Source: Candidatus Jordarchaeales archaeon
GTDB lineage: Archaea; Asgardarchaeota; Jordiarchaeia; Jordiarchaeales; Freyrarchaeaceae
Reading direction: 5' to 3'
DNA: 32,000 bases
Assembly: GCA_038858525.1 (NCBI GenBank)
Contig: JAWCFL010000007.1
Location: 11,940-43,939, forward strand
Shown here: positions 1-9,197 of the stretch, one piece after another
Numbering within the stretch: position 1 is the first letter of the stretch
How the letters are laid out: the number at the start of each line of letters is the position of its first letter
Position numbers and translations under genes: made by a program
The notes under the pieces: model-generated
What the model saw: the letters and a program-made list of their open reading frames with translations, nothing else
What the model was told of the DNA's origin: nothing
Database searches by the model: none

Positions 1-1
1 A

Positions 2-478
2 ATTGCTGACGATTACCCTGTAGAGGAAGCAGTGGTCTACGGAATCTACAAAGGGGAGAGCATGCTTGCTGGCGCCGTGGGGCCTATATGCCGAAGGTTT
101 GGCAAGGAAGCACCTAAAAAATTGGTTCAAAGCCTTGAGGCTACAAATGTGCTTAAGGAATCAAGGGGGCTTTACGATTGCTTATCGAAGTATAAGGATA
201 TTCTGGTTAAGATAGGCTTCATCAAAAACGAAGACTTGGTTTTAGAGGATTTAGGCGATGAAGTTCTTGTCAAGCTTGGAGGACGTTGCACTTACCTTAA
301 CGTTTGCACTCAGCTCAACAAAGAGGAGGTACGCGATGTTTATGGCCTTATGCCGTGCGGCAGGTTAATCGCGCTCGCCGGAATAGCTGAAGCCTCCCTA
401 AACAAAATCTTTGACGCTAAACTCGTAAGCTATAATCCTCCAAATTGCTCAGGGAAAATCTTTGAGTACAAAAAATAA
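2..478 (+). CDS. 5'-truncated protein, possibly V4R/ligand-binding-like domain with conserved Cys
   Basis: Frame is open from base 2 (IADDYPVEEAVVYG...), so the gene starts upstream of the window. The C-terminal pattern 'CTYLNVC...PCGRL...C' resembles V4R-type small-molecule-binding domains. Confidence 0.45.
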   Translation: MADDYPVEEAVVYGIYKGESMLAGAVGPICRRFGKEAPKKLVQSLEATNVLKESRGLYDCLSKYKDILVKIGFIKNEDLVLEDLGDEVLVKLGGRCTYLNVCTQLNKEEVRDVYGLMPCGRLIALAGIAEASLNKIFDAKLVSYNPPNCSGKIFEYKK

Positions 479-537
479 GCAAGCGTTTTAGAGTTATGAG
501 CAAAGAAACAGTGATGCTTCCAGCTTCTTGCGGAAAA

Positions 538-933
538 TTAATCACACGCTTCTCCGCCTTTCATTTTTCTGCTACTTTGCTCCTCCTTTTTTAGTATTAT
601 GCCTTCCTTTAGTGCTTCTAATATTAGACTGTTCTTGCTGTTCAACATTTCTTCGAATTCGTTTTCTGTGTAGCATAAAGGTTCAATTGGAAGATCAGTT
701 AACCCAATTACTTCAGCCGTTCTCTCATGAAACCTACGTTTGAAGCTTCCTACTATGAGCAAGTCTATGTCACTTCCCTCATTGAGCTCTCTTCTGGCGT
801 ATGAGCCAAAGGCAACAACCAACTTCACATTAAACTCTTTCTCCAGTAACTTGACGAACCCACAGAGTTTCTCCTTTATTTCTCTATAAGCTTCTTCGCC
901 TCTCTCAATATCGATTCTGCGTAACTCACACAC
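538..933 (-). CDS. mntA: Minimal nucleotidyltransferase (MNT) antitoxin
   Basis: GS-x10-DxD motif (FGSYARRELNEGSDID). GTG start with upstream AAGGAGG. Lies downstream of, and overlaps, a HEPN gene. Confidence 0.9.
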   Translation of the reverse strand: MCELRRIDIERGEEAYREIKEKLCGFVKLLEKEFNVKLVVAFGSYARRELNEGSDIDLLIVGSFKRRFHERTAEVIGLTDLPIEPLCYTENEFEEMLNSKNSLILEALKEGIILKKEEQSSRKMKGGEACD

Positions 934-1286
934 TTCTCTGCATCCTCCTTCCCGTAATATTCAAACGGAGCTAAGCTTCCGGCTATGGCATTCGGATACC
1001 TAGAAGAAATGTAGGTGCTATCAAGCACCTTGGCAGCCCAACTTAGCTCCTCAAGCCTAACTCCGAAAACACTCTCTACCTTTCTTAAAAGCTCGAAAAC
1101 AGAGTGAGTGAGCACCTTTCTAAAACCCCTAAAATACAGGACAGCCTTTAATGCTTTCTCAGCAGCCTGCTGTGACTGAAAACACGCCCACTCATAGTCG
1201 CCAGACCGAATACTGTTTTTTGCACTGATCACATCCTTTTCAGCCTGCTTCATCCACCGAGAAGCCTCCTCAATGTTCCCGCTCAA
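876..1286 (-). CDS. hepT: HEPN domain protein (toxin of HEPN-MNT pair)
   Basis: 'ACFQSQQAAEKALKAVL', an R-x4-H motif (RKVLTH) and 'YISSRYPN'. TTG start at 1286 preferred; the ORF track start is 1304. Confidence 0.88.
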   Translation of the reverse strand: MSGNIEEASRWMKQAEKDVISAKNSIRSGDYEWACFQSQQAAEKALKAVLYFRGFRKVLTHSVFELLRKVESVFGVRLEELSWAAKVLDSTYISSRYPNAIAGSLAPFEYYGKEDAEKCVSYAESILREAKKLIEK

Positions 1287-1419
1287 CCCAACGCACCCTA
1301 ACAAGCAAGCCTACAAAAATTAAAACTGCCTCATATTTATCAAATTTCTCCCTTTTAACATGGCACAAATGTTCAAGAAGAAACAGGAGGAGTAAAAACG
1401 AGTTTGGGTGATTTTTGGT

Positions 1420-1430
1420 AACCTTTAAAT
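1420..1430 (+). promoter_or_regulatory. Putative archaeal TATA box (AACCTTTAAAT) for the GH1 gene
   Basis: TTTAAA box about 35-50 nt upstream of the start. The same AACCTTTA(A/T) context recurs at 6753 and 24646. Confidence 0.5.
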
Positions 1431-1476
1431 GTTAGCGTCTTTCTTCATGATCATTTAAGACTTTATGGTGGTGTTT

Positions 1477-2781
1477 ATGGGCGAGTTTAGGGATTTGGTT
1501 TTTCCAAGTGGTTTTCTCTGGGGATGTGCCGTTGCTGCCCATCAGGTTGAGGGAAACAACACGAACAATAATTGGTGGAAATGGGAGCAGGAGGGGCACA
1601 CGCTTGACCCTTCAGGGATAGCATGCGACCATTACAACAGGTATGAGGAAGATTTGGACATAGCGAAGAAGCTCAGCTTAAACACTTTCAGGACGTCAAT
1701 CGAGTGGAGCAGGATAGAGCCCAAGGAGGGTGTGTGGAGCGACAAGGAAATTAAGCATTACCGCAGAGTGCTGGAAGCGATGAAGGAGAGGGGGCTCACC
1801 CCTATGATAACGCTGCACCATTTCACAGACCCGTTATGGTTCGCTGAGAAGGGAGGCTGGGAGAAGCCAGAGAGCATTGACATATTTGCGCGCTTTGTGA
1901 GGAAGGTGGTGGAAGAGCTAGGCGACTTAATACCCTTCTATAACACGATAAACGAGCCCATGGTATACGTGGTTCTAGGATACGCCTTCGGCGTGTTTCC
2001 TCCGGGAGAAAGAGACATAATAAAGGCATTAACAGTAGCTAAGCACCTCCTACTAGCTCACGCCAAAGCATACAGGGTGATACACGAAGTGTGCAAGGAG
2101 AAAGGCTACCCAAAACCCAAAGTGGGGGTAGTTCACAACATGATGGTTTTCGAGCCCCTAGACCCGAACGACGAAAGACACGTCAACGAGGCTAACACGA
2201 GCGACGCAATATACAACAGGTGGTTCCTGGAAAGTATACACGCAGGAGCAGTCCAACCTCCAGCTGGGCAGGGCGAGGAATTTGAAGAACTGAAGGGGGC
2301 TTGGGACTTCATAGGTCTAAACTACTACACGCGTAACATATGTATTTCATCTCCCGACCCGACAAGAAGGTTCAACGTAGTTCCCATGGATGCTGAGCTC
2401 ACCGACATGCACTACGAAGTCTACCCTGAAGGGCTCTATAAGCTTCTCGTAAGCCTCAAAAAGTATGGGAAGCCAGTATACATAACTGAGAACGGCATCG
2501 CAACGTCAAATGACAGGCAGAGGTGCAGGTTCATCCTGCGCCACATAGCAGAAGCTCACAGAGCGATGCGCGAAGGAGTAGACTTGAAAGGCTACATTTA
2601 CTGGTCACTCATAGACAACTTCGAGTGGAACGAAGGATTCAGCAAGAGGTTCGGGATAGTAGAAGTAGACTACAAGACGCTTAAGAGGACGCCGAGGGAA
2701 AGCGCCTACATGTACGCTGAAATAGCAGGGAAAAACAAGGTTACCTCAGACCTCATGCAGAAATACCTTGGACGAAAATAA
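1477..2781 (+). CDS. Glycoside hydrolase family 1 (beta-glucosidase/galactosidase)
   Basis: FLWGCAVAAHQVEG, TINEP (acid/base Glu), YITENG (nucleophile Glu), WSLIDNFEW. ATG 1477 follows GGTGGTG; alternative start 1465. No signal peptide. Confidence 0.95.
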   Translation: MGEFRDLVFPSGFLWGCAVAAHQVEGNNTNNNWWKWEQEGHTLDPSGIACDHYNRYEEDLDIAKKLSLNTFRTSIEWSRIEPKEGVWSDKEIKHYRRVLEAMKERGLTPMITLHHFTDPLWFAEKGGWEKPESIDIFARFVRKVVEELGDLIPFYNTINEPMVYVVLGYAFGVFPPGERDIIKALTVAKHLLLAHAKAYRVIHEVCKEKGYPKPKVGVVHNMMVFEPLDPNDERHVNEANTSDAIYNRWFLESIHAGAVQPPAGQGEEFEELKGAWDFIGLNYYTRNICISSPDPTRRFNVVPMDAELTDMHYEVYPEGLYKLLVSLKKYGKPVYITENGIATSNDRQRCRFILRHIAEAHRAMREGVDLKGYIYWSLIDNFEWNEGFSKRFGIVEVDYKTLKRTPRESAYMYAEIAGKNKVTSDLMQKYLGRK

Positions 2782-2862
2782 GGATTTTTTCTCACCTAAG
2801 CTCAAAAGTCATTTCTTTTATCATGAAAAAAGATGGAAAAAGGCGAAATTTTATGTCGAGAA

Positions 2863-4410
2863 TTAAATTGGCATGGTGGGTTGTCTGCGGAAGAGTTGGT
2901 TGTCTTGGATGCAAATGCATTGAGAAGCTGAATTCACGATGACTATCTGGGGCTGCGTGTCCCCCTCAGGTGAGTCGACGCTTTGAGCTGCGTGAAGAAT
3001 TGCCTTGGAGGAGCTGACTGATTGCGCATAATCGTTGAAGTGAACCGTTATCCTATGACCTCCATCGCTGGAGTTTGAAGGCCAGTTGGGGACGTTTATA
3101 GTTTGGATGGCTTCACCGCCCCGCGATATGAGCGTGATGTTTAACACGCCTGCTCCGTTTGGACTTGCGGGGACGTAGAGGTCAACTCCTGTCTGGAACA
3201 GTAAGCTGTGGAAAACTTGGATCGGTGTTTCGGTGTTGCTTACTCCATCCGAATCCTTGTCGTAAACCCATATTCCGCACACAAGTTTGCTGACAGGGCA
3301 GTGGTTCGGCGTAATTACGTTAGTTCCGTTAATCAGGAGAATATCGTTCTTATCTCCTTGGTCGCCCCAGAACTCCTTGTTCCTCATGAAGAGTAGCATT
3401 ACGTGGCTCTCGCTCACGTTAACGTTGTCCGATATTCCCCCCGGAGCAGAGGTAAGCAGTGTAACCCAGTAGTTGCTCCTTATGAACGGCTCACGGTAAA
3501 TGTGGTGGATTGGTCTCCCATCGCGGACGATCTCAAACTCGTAGTATGTGCCACGCGTAGCATTGAAAGGACCCCACTTCCCATCGGGAGCCGTTATGCT
3601 GAAAACAGCAACTGGGTCGCTTCCAACTCTGTGACCCGTCTCATTGTCGAGCTTCCATATACGCAAAGTCCCGTTAATGTCGTTATAAGTGTTCTGTGGG
3701 AAGATGACGACTCTTCCCGCAACTTGGATCTCGTCCTCAGGAATTATGTTTACCGTATTAGGCTCCTTTCCGGTGAGGAACTTGTACATTTCAGCGAACG
3801 TCTCAGCTGATGTACATAACTGAGTGTGAGTCTGCTCTGGAACCCAAATGTTTTTCACTGCACCTAATAATTCATGTACCGTAGAAAGGTTTGACCACAA
3901 CGCTAGGGTGGGTATCCCTCTAGGCGCTCGCAGTCCACCGCTACCGTCTATATTTACGTAGTGGGCTACTTTTAAGCGGTGCGGAGCGTAGGCAAGATAC
4001 TGCAGGGACACCACTGTTCCAAGCGAGTGCCCAACAAGGTCAACCTTGTCAGCACCCGTCTCCTCTAGGACCCTATCGATGAATGCGTCGAGTCGTTCCA
4101 AGACCTTGGCGAAGGTCTCTACTGTAAAGCTTGAGTCGTACTCGAATACTTTCAGGTATTCTGGTGGGTAGCCGTTGCTCGTGAAACGCATGGCCTGTGA
4201 CTCAAACTGCTGAGCTGAACCTGCGCCACCATGGACAAAAACGATGGGCCTAATTTCGGGTTGAGCTATAGGCTGACTGACGCTGAGTAGCAATGAAGGC
4301 AGCCAGTACTGCTCGCTTGGAATTTTCGACGCGTTCACACCAATAGCAATTCCGCACGATAACCCCGCAAGGATTATCACTGTTAAGACCAGACTGACAG
4401 CTCCGCGCAT
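2863..4410 (-). CDS. Secreted alpha/beta-hydrolase lipase, Archaeoglobus AFL-like, with C-terminal beta domain
   Basis: N-terminal hydrophobic signal, 'RPIVFVHGGAGSAQQFESQAMRF..NGYP', GHSLG nucleophile, IDG acid, 'THTQLCTS' His. The C-terminal 'CPVSKLVCGIWVYD' region resembles the AFL lipid-binding domain. Confidence 0.88.
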   Translation of the reverse strand: MRGAVSLVLTVIILAGLSCGIAIGVNASKIPSEQYWLPSLLLSVSQPIAQPEIRPIVFVHGGAGSAQQFESQAMRFTSNGYPPEYLKVFEYDSSFTVETFAKVLERLDAFIDRVLEETGADKVDLVGHSLGTVVSLQYLAYAPHRLKVAHYVNIDGSGGLRAPRGIPTLALWSNLSTVHELLGAVKNIWVPEQTHTQLCTSAETFAEMYKFLTGKEPNTVNIIPEDEIQVAGRVVIFPQNTYNDINGTLRIWKLDNETGHRVGSDPVAVFSITAPDGKWGPFNATRGTYYEFEIVRDGRPIHHIYREPFIRSNYWVTLLTSAPGGISDNVNVSESHVMLLFMRNKEFWGDQGDKNDILLINGTNVITPNHCPVSKLVCGIWVYDKDSDGVSNTETPIQVFHSLLFQTGVDLYVPASPNGAGVLNITLISRGGEAIQTINVPNWPSNSSDGGHRITVHFNDYAQSVSSSKAILHAAQSVDSPEGDTQPQIVIVNSASQCICIQDNQLFRRQPTMPI

Positions 4411-4753
4411 CTCTTCTTCCTCCCCTTCTACCTCCTACACTCATCAACTTTGTAGTTACTCCATAACAGCTTCGCTTTCTTAAATAAATTTTTGCATACA
4501 CTTTTCCCTCCTTTTTCCGATCTCCACATAGAAGCGGTGCGTCAACTTAACATTTAGAGCTCATCCTCTCACTTCCTCATGCATACTGGAAGTCTAATTC
4601 TCTTCTTTGTAGGCACAAAAAATGCACTTATTGGTTGCAGGGAGAAAAGATAGAGTATAGTAATAATGAAGAAAACGCTTCGGAGAAATAGATTTATATC
4701 TAAATGAATTTCAAAATTGAGTTAAAACTCTACTTGAAAGGGAGAGGAGTTGG

Positions 4754-6157
4754 ATGGAGAGCGAAGGGAAGTTTAAGCAGCCATGGCGGGGAGTTTTATC
4801 TCTCCTCACAATATACGGCATCAGCTACACTGCCTATGCAGTATTCCTAAATCCGACGGGAGGATTACTCTCGAGGATAGTGGTAGGGAACGCCTTCCTC
4901 CTAAGATATCTGTTAGAGTACGCTGTTAGCAAGGAGCTAGCGGCACTTTTGGCCCCCGTGTTAGCCTTGCGTTCCGCTGAGTTCGTTGCTTTTAACCCGC
5001 TGGGTTACCCACTGGACTGGATGAGCGTGGTGGTCTTCGGCATTGTCTGGTTCATAGCGATCGCCGTGCTCTGCGCCCCCCTGCAGAGGACGGCGCCACC
5101 CAAGCAGCCCAGAACCGGGCTAATCGTTGCAGCTCTCTCATTGATCCTAGCGTTTGCAACGTTCTGGGTTCTCGGCTCAGTATTCAAAATGACCGGCTAC
5201 GAAATGCTGTTACTGGGCACCTGCGGCTTCCTAGTATTCCCGGTATGGGCGACATTGTTCAATTACTGGCCTTTCGTTCCCAAGAAGCCGGACATGCACC
5301 CCGTTGCAAGAGGAGCCATATACACGGCGCTTTCTTGGGCTATAGCAGCTGCACTTTACTACGTCTTCAACACGCTGGCTTGGCGCGGAGCAGTGTTCTT
5401 CGATATGTACACTCTCGGCCACGACCTCTTCACAACTCTGCTCAGACCACTCTTCCCGTTTAACCACTACGATAAGTGGATGTCCCTCTTGGTCGCCGTG
5501 ATCTTAGGGTGCAATATCGTGGGGCTAGTTAACCCGTTCGAGAAGAAGAGCCAACCAGTCAGGGGAGTCATAAATCTAGTCATAGCGGCAGTAATTGGCG
5601 TGGCTCTCTGGTTGGTCCTAACGCCTATTCTGGGCAAGGCGCCTCACGTTTCCACCATAACCATAGAAGCAATAGTTACAGTGAGGATCCCCTTAGTGGT
5701 CACTGTGAGCTCGCCCGGCAACGTGACGGTTTACTTACTCTACGTCATCCTATCCATGCTAATAATCAGACACGTGTTCGAGATGCACTGGTTCGCCGGC
5801 AAGGGCACTAAAGGCAACGTTCTAGCGGTAGCGTCTGCCTTCGTAGCTGGCACCCTACTGTTCTTCGCGACCACAGCCATCACTCCCGTGGCCGTATTCC
5901 TTTCAGGGGCAGATGCAGCCATGTGCGCTTCAGGATTACAAGCGATCACGTACGACACAGTAATAACGTATATCGGATACGCGCTTGGGTTGCGATGGTA
6001 CGCTGGACCAATGCTGCTGACCGCAATGAGTTACATGCTGGAGGCTCAAGCAGCAGTGCAACACCTAGCTGTGACGCTGACCTTCGGATGGTTCGTGCTA
6101 GCCAGCATCATGTGGCTCTTAATATACCTGTCATTCGACCATTGGCCATGGAAGTAA
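4754..6157 (+). CDS. Polytopic membrane protein, putative transporter, with repeated WP(F/W) and QPxRG motifs
   Basis: About 12 hydrophobic segments, GGAGAGGAG RBS, ends HWPWK. A paralog C-terminus lies at 31834-32000. Confidence 0.75.
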   Translation: MESEGKFKQPWRGVLSLLTIYGISYTAYAVFLNPTGGLLSRIVVGNAFLLRYLLEYAVSKELAALLAPVLALRSAEFVAFNPLGYPLDWMSVVVFGIVWFIAIAVLCAPLQRTAPPKQPRTGLIVAALSLILAFATFWVLGSVFKMTGYEMLLLGTCGFLVFPVWATLFNYWPFVPKKPDMHPVARGAIYTALSWAIAAALYYVFNTLAWRGAVFFDMYTLGHDLFTTLLRPLFPFNHYDKWMSLLVAVILGCNIVGLVNPFEKKSQPVRGVINLVIAAVIGVALWLVLTPILGKAPHVSTITIEAIVTVRIPLVVTVSSPGNVTVYLLYVILSMLIIRHVFEMHWFAGKGTKGNVLAVASAFVAGTLLFFATTAITPVAVFLSGADAAMCASGLQAITYDTVITYIGYALGLRWYAGPMLLTAMSYMLEAQAAVQHLAVTLTFGWFVLASIMWLLIYLSFDHWPWK

Positions 6158-6752
6158 CATTAACAAGGCTCCTCTTTCCCTTTTTTATGGATTAAGAACA
6201 ACAAGGTAAGCTGGTGCTTGTCATTCATGCTTTATCTAAAAGGTCACATTTCAGATTTGAGGGGGGGAAGGCAAGTTTTGCCAGTAATAAAAGTGCTTAA
6301 CAAAGACTCTTTCCCTACTCCTCCTCTTCTCTCATAAATCTCTAAGAAAGTTCCTTTCAAAACACTTGTATCAGACAACATAAAAACCCGATAAGAAAGT
6401 AACCTCTGAAGGGTGGCAAACTCCTTTATTCTCTGAAACGACTCAAAACACTCGTTTATGACCTTCATCATCTTAATTGCGTCAAGCCTTTGTTTGAGGC
6501 TTTATTTTCTGTGCTTCACTTAGTTGAACGTGCGCGTCCTCCATTCGGTTGAAATCCTTCTTAATGTAACCTCGAGCGTGCTCGATTGAATGTTGCAGAA
6601 ATATATCTACGAATGAAATGCGGAAAAGCGCGCTGCAAGGTAGCGGTGCTCAATGTTTTCCATAGGCATTATCAAAATTCTTAGAATGAGGAGTCACTTT
6701 TACAGACGTCTATTTCGCAGAATTTCTTTATCAAAAATTTTCCATGAGACGT

Positions 6753-6763
6753 AACCTTTATAT
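6753..6763 (+). promoter_or_regulatory. Putative TATA box (AACCTTTATAT)
   Basis: Matches the motif at 1420 and 24646, but lies about 150 nt upstream of the next start. Confidence 0.35.
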
Positions 6764-6909
6764 GAAATAAAAATCATTCTATTATTATCATTGTTTTTTA
6801 TTTGTCCCTGTCAGCAAGGGGGAGTTAAATAATCACCGGACTGTTTCGGTTCCCTTAGAAGAGAAGGGTGGCTGATGGGGGCAGAAAGAAAAATACAGGA
6901 GGGGTCATC

Positions 6910-7389
6910 ATGATGGAAATAGAGAAAGAGGAGAGCGTGGAGTTAAAGCTTGAGGAGCTGGAGAGACGGATAAGAATTCTTGAGGATATTGAAGCGATCA
7001 AAAGGCTTAAAGCAAAATATTGGAGGTGCTGTGATAAGAAGCTTTGGGATGAACTGGAGGAGTGCTTCACTGAGGATGCCATTGCGGACTACTTTCCGAA
7101 TTTGCACTTTGAGGGCAGAGACGCCATCATCAAGTTTCTAAAGGAAAGCTTAGGGCCCGACTACATGATCACCGCCCACGGAGGACATAACGCCGAAATT
7201 GAGATAATCAGCGAAACAGAGGCCAGAGGGATATGGGCGCTGAATGATTTGGTGATCATCCAGCCGGGGATAAGAATGCGAGGATACGGTCACTATGAAG
7301 ACGAGTACGTCAAAGAGAACGGCCGGTGGAAGATAAAACGCATAAAACAAACACGCATCATAGAGGAATGGATAATGGACAGACGCTAA
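6910..7389 (+). CDS. SnoaL/NTF2-like protein, BaiE (bile acid 7alpha-dehydratase)/LinA-like
   Basis: 'LEDIEAIKRLKAKYWRCCDKKLWDEL', 'HGGHNAEIEI', 'GHYEDEYVKENGRWKI', 'RIIEE'. ATG follows GGAGGGG; ORF track start is 6868. Confidence 0.85.
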   Translation: MMEIEKEESVELKLEELERRIRILEDIEAIKRLKAKYWRCCDKKLWDELEECFTEDAIADYFPNLHFEGRDAIIKFLKESLGPDYMITAHGGHNAEIEIISETEARGIWALNDLVIIQPGIRMRGYGHYEDEYVKENGRWKIKRIKQTRIIEEWIMDRR

Positions 7390-7744
7390 AAATCAAGAAG
7401 CGAATTTTTTCACACCATCATCTGGAAAGCGCACTGTTACCCTCCTCTTTTTTTTGAACTGATACCTGAATCATCAAGGCCCTCCCTGTTCTCCGCCGAG
7501 ACCCGGCTATTTTGCTGAGTGTTTCAGAAAAAGTGGGTGAGGCTTGCATTGAGGTAGCGTAGTTTGACGTTTTTTGATGTGAAGGAAGATTGTAGCGGCG
7601 TCGATGTTTAGTGTTGGCCCCCAACAGTTTAATTGCTGGCAGGTTGACTTAATTACTACTTCCCAGTTTCCTCTGCTGTTAAGGAAAATGAGAGGACATT
7701 TTATTTTTTAATCCCGGTGAAAAACACCTAGATGTCCCCTTAAT

Positions 7745-9196
7745 CTAAATGCTCTTGTTTTTGTCCGTCTTGTTTTTTAATTTCTTGTACTCGTATAGTG
7801 ATGCTACAGCTTTGGCTGTTAGTGTCAGGTTTCTTAGGACTGGGATGCGTGATTTTCCGAGTCCTTTTTCGGCCATTTTTATTATTCTTTCATCTCCGAA
7901 CCCTAAGGTTACCGTTGGTTTCCCCGTTTTCGACGCTGTTTCGCCGAGGATTTCGAAGAAGGGGGTTAGGTCTGCGTTGAAGTAGCGTGGGCTAGATACT
8001 ATTCCTGGTATGGCGAAGATCATCACGATGAAGCCGACGTTCTGGTCGCGTCCCAGAATCTCGATGGCTGGTATGGCTGACTCTATTATGGCTGGCCCGA
8101 CGTCAACAGGGTTTCTGCATGAAGCCCATGGAGGTGTTACCTTCCTAAGTTTGTCTACCGTTTCAGGTAGTAGAACTGCAAGTTTTAGCCCCAGCAGTTC
8201 TAACTCATCACACATCATGGCTCCGAGAGAACCTGAGTTCGTGATTATGGCCACGTCGCCGTCGGGTGGGAGGGGCTGAGAAGCCAGGACCATGGCGGTA
8301 TAGAACAGCTCATCTATGCTTTCCACTCTTATCGCCCCCGACTGCTTTACGGCTGCGTCAAAGACCTTATCGCTTCCAGCCAAGCTTCCCGTGTGGCTCT
8401 TCACAGCTTTGGAGCCAGCCTCAGTCCTCCCAGACTTCAACACTAATATGGGCTTCTTCGCCGACGCCGCTCTGAAAACATCGATCATCCTTCTTCCCCT
8501 TCTAGGCTTAACACCCTCAACGTATAGCCCTATAACTTTCGTTTCTTCATCGTCTGCTAGGTACTCTACTAGGTCTATTTCGTCTACGTCGCACTTGTTG
8601 CCCAAGGTGACGACCTTGCTCAAACCTAGCCCCTCCGAGCATGCCCTGTCAACTAGGGCTGTTCCGAAGACGCCTGACTGGGCGACGAAGGCGACGCCAC
8701 CCTTCACGAGAACCGCCACGTCCACGTCAGCCGTTGTGAACATGTTAGACGTGTTGACCACACCGACACAGTTGGGCCCTATTACTCTCATGCCGTTAGC
8801 CCTAGCTATCTTTACAACTTCTCTCTCCAGCCTTGCTCCCTCGTCTCCCGTCTCTGAGAAGCCTGCCGACTCTATTATGACGTGGCGGATCCCTTTCTCG
8901 GCGCACTCCTTTACAACATCTATGACTGAGCTGCTCGGAACCATGATGACGGCGAGGTCGACGCCCTCGGGGAGCTCCCTTACAGTCCTGAGCACGTCGA
9001 CCCCCATAACTTTCCCCCCCTTGACGTTCACAAGGAACTTTTTGATTTTGGGGTGGGATAGGATGTTCTTCGTCGGGGCGTGGCCGAAGCCGAGGGTTTC
9101 CGTCGCACCTATAACAGCCACCGAGCGAGGGTTAAAGAAGGCGTCAAGAGAGCGGTCGCACTTCAAAGCATCACGCTCCTCAGCTTTCCTACACAT
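7745..9196 (-). CDS. acdA: ADP-forming acyl-CoA synthetase alpha subunit (CoA-binding, ACD family)
   Basis: 'FFNPRSVAVIGA', 'GPNCVG', 'QSG', 'GNKCDV', phospho-His motif 'SHTGSLAG', 'NPVDV'. No ATP-grasp domain. ATG is 1 nt after the TSUP stop. Confidence 0.9.
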   Translation of the reverse strand: MCRKAEERDALKCDRSLDAFFNPRSVAVIGATETLGFGHAPTKNILSHPKIKKFLVNVKGGKVMGVDVLRTVRELPEGVDLAVIMVPSSSVIDVVKECAEKGIRHVIIESAGFSETGDEGARLEREVVKIARANGMRVIGPNCVGVVNTSNMFTTADVDVAVLVKGGVAFVAQSGVFGTALVDRACSEGLGLSKVVTLGNKCDVDEIDLVEYLADDEETKVIGLYVEGVKPRRGRRMIDVFRAASAKKPILVLKSGRTEAGSKAVKSHTGSLAGSDKVFDAAVKQSGAIRVESIDELFYTAMVLASQPLPPDGDVAIITNSGSLGAMMCDELELLGLKLAVLLPETVDKLRKVTPPWASCRNPVDVGPAIIESAIPAIEILGRDQNVGFIVMIFAIPGIVSSPRYFNADLTPFFEILGETASKTGKPTVTLGFGDERIIKMAEKGLGKSRIPVLRNLTLTAKAVASLYEYKKLKNKTDKNKSI

Positions 9197-9197
9197 G

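Noticed and set aside
6244-6471. Short minus-strand ORF containing 'GGVGKESLLSTFITGK', reminiscent of a small-GTPase P-loop
   Set aside because: The motif is GKE rather than GK[ST], there is no preceding hydrophobic beta-strand and Gly, and no DxxG or NKxD follows in any frame. Most likely chance in AT-rich intergenic DNA.
6480-6680. In-frame TAG in a short minus-strand frame, considered as pyrrolysine or other read-through
   Set aside because: The read-through product is under 50 aa, has no recognisable domain, and no pyl or sel genes are in the window.
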